From positions 56,234,001 through 56,298,000 of the forward strand of contig JAGIQG010000013.1 of the NCBI GenBank assembly GCA_024679065.1: a stretch of 64,000 nucleotides of DNA. The letters are read 5' to 3'. Below the pieces are notes generated by a model. The model was not told the origin of the DNA. It made no database searches and saw only the letters and a list, made by a program, of their open reading frames with translations. Source of the DNA: Sphyrna mokarran (Eukaryota). A program made the position numbers and the translations under genes. Position 1 is the stretch's first letter; each line of letters opens with the position of its first letter. This document shows, piece by piece, positions 63,318-64,000 of this stretch.

Positions 63318-64000
63318 CTGTGTAGAAGACAGAAAATGATAATAAGTTTGCATATGGTTTCCTAATTCAATTCAAATGACTAAGCCCTAATGTTTTTATG
63401 ACAGAGATAAAGCCTGAAAGGACATAGTTACAGTTTTCCCGTTTTCTCAAATTGGTTCCCCTTCCTTGGCATCCTGGCTTGCTGCAGCCATCTTATTTTG
63501 TCCAAGCAGCTACTTTTCGTATATAGAGTCGAAACTTTGTGGCAAGTTGATTAACTGTGGAGGGAATCACATTCAAGCTCAATCCTATACTTTACCATCA
63601 TCCAAACATGTACTATCCAAGGAACGTCACTTGACCGCATTGAATTTATTCAACAAAAATGGCCACATATTTCCCAGATTAAGAGCTGTTACCCAATGCA
63701 ATTGAGCATTAATAAGAGATGCATTTACCCACTCAACTATCAGAAAATGCAAATGTTGGGCTTCTTAGAACTATTTTACATTTGCCAAGCTAAAACTAAG
63801 AAGCAAACCACTAAGCACCCAAGGATAAATGCTGAAATGTCAAGTCTTTTAAGGAATTATAATTAATTAATATACTTTGATGCTTTGAAACAGGTATGCC
63901 TATACTATTGAACTTGAGCCATATGATCCAAAGCTCTGCCAATTCAATTATTTTCTTTTATAGTTCAAACCCAGTTTTCAGGTTGGACATTTAAAAATGG

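Noticed and set aside
1-64000. CRISPR array, operon or prokaryotic defence system
   Set aside because: The sequence is spliced eukaryotic DNA; no regularly spaced direct repeats or dense intronless gene clusters are present.

Overview
AT-rich, intron-containing vertebrate genomic DNA. The repeat content (HE1-type V-SINEs, CR1-clade and L2 LINEs, Penelope-like ends) points to a cartilaginous fish (shark). Three genes can be rebuilt from splice sites and reading phase. (1) The last six coding exons of LTN1/listerin (+ strand, 82-13771, RWD and RING-CH C-terminus). (2) A complete ~363-aa CXorf58-like gene of unknown function (+ strand, 8 coding exons, 22184-40496), mostly missed by the ORF track, with a CpG-rich promoter containing an RFX X-box at ~19240. 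(3) KLHL15 (- strand, two large coding exons, 604 aa, ~3.4-kb 3' UTR), with a candidate upstream exon that is open in frame. The rest is transposon debris, including a fossil POGK-type pogo transposase, nested and young CR1 insertions with target-site duplications, and a palindromic Penelope-derived insertion. I found no evidence of a new multi-gene system. The best leads are the CXorf58-like gene (candidate ciliary/flagellar protein), the LTN1-CXorf58-KLHL15 gene order and a possible N-terminally extended KLHL15. All homology calls come from recalled sequences; no database searches were run.
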